Part shown: positions 41,698 to 43,689 of the stretch, piece after piece
Layout: every line of letters starts with the position of its first letter
Numbering within the stretch: the stretch's first letter is position 1
Source: a virus
Lineage: Duplodnaviria; Heunggongvirae; Uroviricota; Caudoviricetes
Length of the DNA stretch: 43,689 nucleotides
Virus record (IMG/VR): IMGVR_UViG_3300045988_038444
Location: 1 to 43,689 of that record
Strand: one strand, 5' to 3'
Program-made: the position numbers and the translations under genes
Notes under the pieces: model-generated
Seen by the model: the letters and a program-made list of their open reading frames with translations, nothing else
Database searches by the model: none
Told to the model about the DNA's origin: nothing

Positions 41698-42333
41698 TTA
41701 TTTAAGCGCTTTCTGATACAGTTGCGCGATGTCGTCAATAGTTGCACCTTCAGGAACACTCTGAACCACGTTTCCAACCACACCAGACAATTCCACACGG
41801 TCGATACTGTTCCCGGTGATCTTATCCAGTTGTTCAGACGCTTTTGCACGAGTTTTCGGGTCGAACAGTTCACGTGTCACCAGAATGTATCCACCCAGCA
41901 TGTAACGTTTGTAGCAAACTACGTACTGTTGTAGATGGCTGGGGATATCGTCGGTACTGTTCACCCACAGGTGTTTCGCTTCCGTGTCGTCTTCACCAGG
42001 AACGATGACACGCTGACAATACGGTTCCAGTAATTCTTCAGCCGTGCTTGCCGCTCGTTTCCACCACTCGACACGACTCGTTAACGATTCCCCTACAGAC
42101 TCAAGCGCATGACTTCCCATCGCGTCCAGATAGTTCAACACCTTCGTATTCGACAGGAGGCGATGTGCGGTCGTTGCAGCCGCTGCATCAGACGTGTGAC
42201 CCGGATAAGCCTCTAAAACACATCGCGTATTGCTGAAGCCGTTATTGACACGATCTAACCACAGGTTGGCGAACTTGAGCTGTTCCGGCGACAACTCCAG
42301 AGCAGCCCTTTTAGCCCGGTCTGAAATTTTCAT
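41698..42333 (-). CDS. Terminase small subunit (~211 aa)
   Basis: LSPEQLKFANLWLDRVNNGFSNTRCVLEAYPGHTSDAAAATTAHRLLSNTKVLNYLDAM fits the TerS HTH pattern. Start trimmed to ATG 42333 (GGGAGA SD). Confidence 0.65.
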   Translation of the reverse strand: MKISDRAKRAALELSPEQLKFANLWLDRVNNGFSNTRCVLEAYPGHTSDAAAATTAHRLLSNTKVLNYLDAMGSHALESVGESLTSRVEWWKRAASTAEELLEPYCQRVIVPGEDDTEAKHLWVNSTDDIPSHLQQYVVCYKRYMLGGYILVTRELFDPKTRAKASEQLDKITGNSIDRVELSGVVGNVVQSVPEGATIDDIAQLYQKALK

Positions 42334-42390
42334 AAATTTGTCTCCCATAAATTTTAAATTAGTTTCCCACAGATACCCACGGGTTGTCCA

Positions 42391-42570
42391 CACGCCCTGT
42401 TTTACAGCTAATACAATGTTAATATTAAGTTTACAGTTAGTGCACAATATGCATTAATTTTCGACTATATACATAAATACGTAGCCCATAATCACAATGA
42501 TTTCAAAGACTTGCATAAAAACATAGATTACAATAGGTATCTCCCAGACTTTTATTTTAGCTCTATTTAC
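42391..42570 (+). promoter_or_regulatory. Two copies of TTTACAGCTAATACA (42391-42405, 42556-42570), possibly -35 regions of rightward promoters
   Basis: Exact 15-mer repeat 165 bp apart. The first copy is followed at 16 nt by TATTAA. Confidence 0.3.
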
Positions 42571-42606
42571 AGCTAATACACTATATGCACTATCTCTATC
42601 TTTCTA

Positions 42607-42713
42607 TACTACTTCTTCTTTATATCTATGTTTTCTATGTTATCTATAAAAAGATAATAAAAAGAATAAGATAGAGAAGGGTCGGTTAAAAAATAAACAT
42701 GACGAAATCTATG
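42607..42713. repeat. Conserved ~105-bp intergenic element, copy B
   Basis: About 90% identical to 27527-27637 (..tctataaaaagataataaaaagaataagatagagaagggtcggttaaaaaataaacatgacgaaatctatg). Confidence 0.8.
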
Positions 42714-42728
42714 TTAAGTATAACTTTA

Positions 42729-42905
42729 ATGCACAACATGCACTATATAATTCACAACGTGCATTAGCTGTGCCAACATAGATACACAACGTGCACTAAC
42801 AGTTAATACACAACGTGCATCTTGCACTAACTGCTAAAGCACAACATGCACTAAGTGTAAATACACTAACATATAAAGCACGTCTTGCACTAGCTGCTAA
42901 TGCAC
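42729..42905. repeat. Iteron/operator array: at least 5 imperfect palindromes nGCAC-AAC-(G/A)TGCA (cores at ~42730, 42751, 42783, 42807 and 42838) plus related GCACGTCTTGCACTAGCTGC and ATGCACGTT, spaced 24-32 bp
   Basis: Direct reading; the sites share CACAAC(G/A)TGCA(C/T)T and several are followed by CTAAC/CTAAG. Confidence 0.6.
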
Positions 42906-42944
42906 GTTATGATTTATCCGTGGTCAAACAAGAAGGGTATGATA

Positions 42945-43689
42945 ATGAAAAAGAACCTTTTAGACGAATTAATAGATTTAAAAGGCGGGGTACAAAACGC
43001 TGTTGAATACCTTAATCGTCGAGGTGTTAAGGTGACTGTTGGTCGTTACAACCAATGGTTAAGCGGTAGGTTTCATCCTAAATATGAAACGATCAGTATT
43101 ATTCTTGAAGAGATTACTGACTTCACACTGTCACCCTTGCCAGTACAACATTCTGACGAAAACATTGTTCTTAAACACACAATACCGGTTACCGAACTGC
43201 GTCAGAAATTACCACACAGACGTTTTGCTAATAACTACTGGCAACGTGTCAGATACGTTGATTCACAGATCCTGGAAGCTGTTCACGGTCACGACGTGTG
43301 GACACGGTTTGAGGCGATGTGTGGTAATTTTGAATGTGCAAGATATGTGCTACGCAGAAATTTAAACGAACACACAATTACTGACAGTTGGATTCAAAAT
43401 GGTTTGCGCCGGGGATGGATCCCGGAATGTGTAAACGTAATGGTCGATTTGCTTGAAAAATACGAAGGCACCGGGACACCGTTTAACGTAATGGTTTGTG
43501 AACCACCTGTATCACGAGTGGAACCACCTGTATCACGAGTGGAAGCACCTGTATCACGAGTGGAACCACCTGTATCACGAGTGGAAGCACCTGTAGCACG
43601 AGTTGAAGCACCTGTAGCACGATTTGAACCGCCTGTAGTCGATGTCAGCGATTTGAAGGAGAAAATCAGACTGTATGCGTTATCACACA
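42945..43689 (+). CDS. Partial CDS (N-terminal 248 aa; no stop inside the window): HTH-like N-terminal region, then a (VEPPVSR/VEAPVAR)n repeat linker; probably continues in the partial ORF at 1..249
   Basis: ATG 42945; the frame is open to the window end; MKKNLLDELIDLKGGVQNAVEYLNRRGVKVTVGRYNQWLSGRF... Confidence 0.5.
   Translation, partial: MKKNLLDELIDLKGGVQNAVEYLNRRGVKVTVGRYNQWLSGRFHPKYETISIILEEITDFTLSPLPVQHSDENIVLKHTIPVTELRQKLPHRRFANNYWQRVRYVDSQILEAVHGHDVWTRFEAMCGNFECARYVLRRNLNEHTITDSWIQNGLRRGWIPECVNVMVDLLEKYEGTGTPFNVMVCEPPVSRVEPPVSRVEAPVSRVEPPVSRVEAPVARVEAPVARFEPPVVDVSDLKEKIRLYALSH
43500..43640 (+). repeat. Tandem 21-bp repeat (gaaccacctgtatcacgagtg, ~6.7 copies with drift) inside coding sequence
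   Basis: Copies at 43500, 43521, 43542, 43563, 43584 and 43605, plus a partial copy. Confidence 0.85.

Overview
The window reads as a near-complete ~43.7-kb genome of a lambda/Jersey-like enterobacterial siphophage. Layout: (i) a plus-strand early block (1-4765) with a compact family-B DNA polymerase, a DNA N6A/N4C methyltransferase, a DUF4406-like protein and small hypotheticals; (ii) a minus-strand lysis cassette (4745-6165) with holin-like proteins, an L-Ala-D-Glu endolysin and overlapping i/o-spanins; (iii) a plus-strand 990-aa tail fibre carrying two sialidase Asp-boxes and a C-terminal S74-type intramolecular chaperone, which is a putative endosialidase and suggests a K1-capsule-specific host range; (iv) a long minus-strand morphogenesis block (9201-42333) encoding TerS, TerL, portal, a head morphogenesis protein, scaffold, a gpD-like decoration protein, a gpE-like major capsid protein, connector proteins, the major tail protein, the G/G-T chaperones (-1 frameshift at AAAAAAC), the tape measure, minor tail proteins and a J-like central fibre. 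This late block is interrupted at least eight times by short plus-strand cassettes. Each cassette is driven by a nearly identical ~27-bp promoter (TTTAAAATAATTCTTGACGgATTaCA). Nine plus-strand copies and one divergent minus-strand copy were found. The cassettes carry dUTPase, a host-like RdgC, an Imm-like superinfection-immunity protein, two zinc-ribbon + T5orf172 (GIY-YIG-like) homing-endonuclease paralogues plus a fragment and a 70-bp remnant, and many small membrane or zinc-binding proteins. Other notable items are an N-terminally truncated, E. coli-like SSB; two ~100-bp conserved intergenic elements each followed by palindromic operator or iteron arrays; tandem 21/30-bp repeats inside coding linkers at both window ends, suggesting an origin or initiator locus; a tRNA-like T-arm/acceptor minihelix; and two ORFs split at poly-A runs. 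No CRISPR array, integrase or canonical tRNA was found. All functional calls rest on motif recognition by eye from the translated ORFs and have not been checked against databases.
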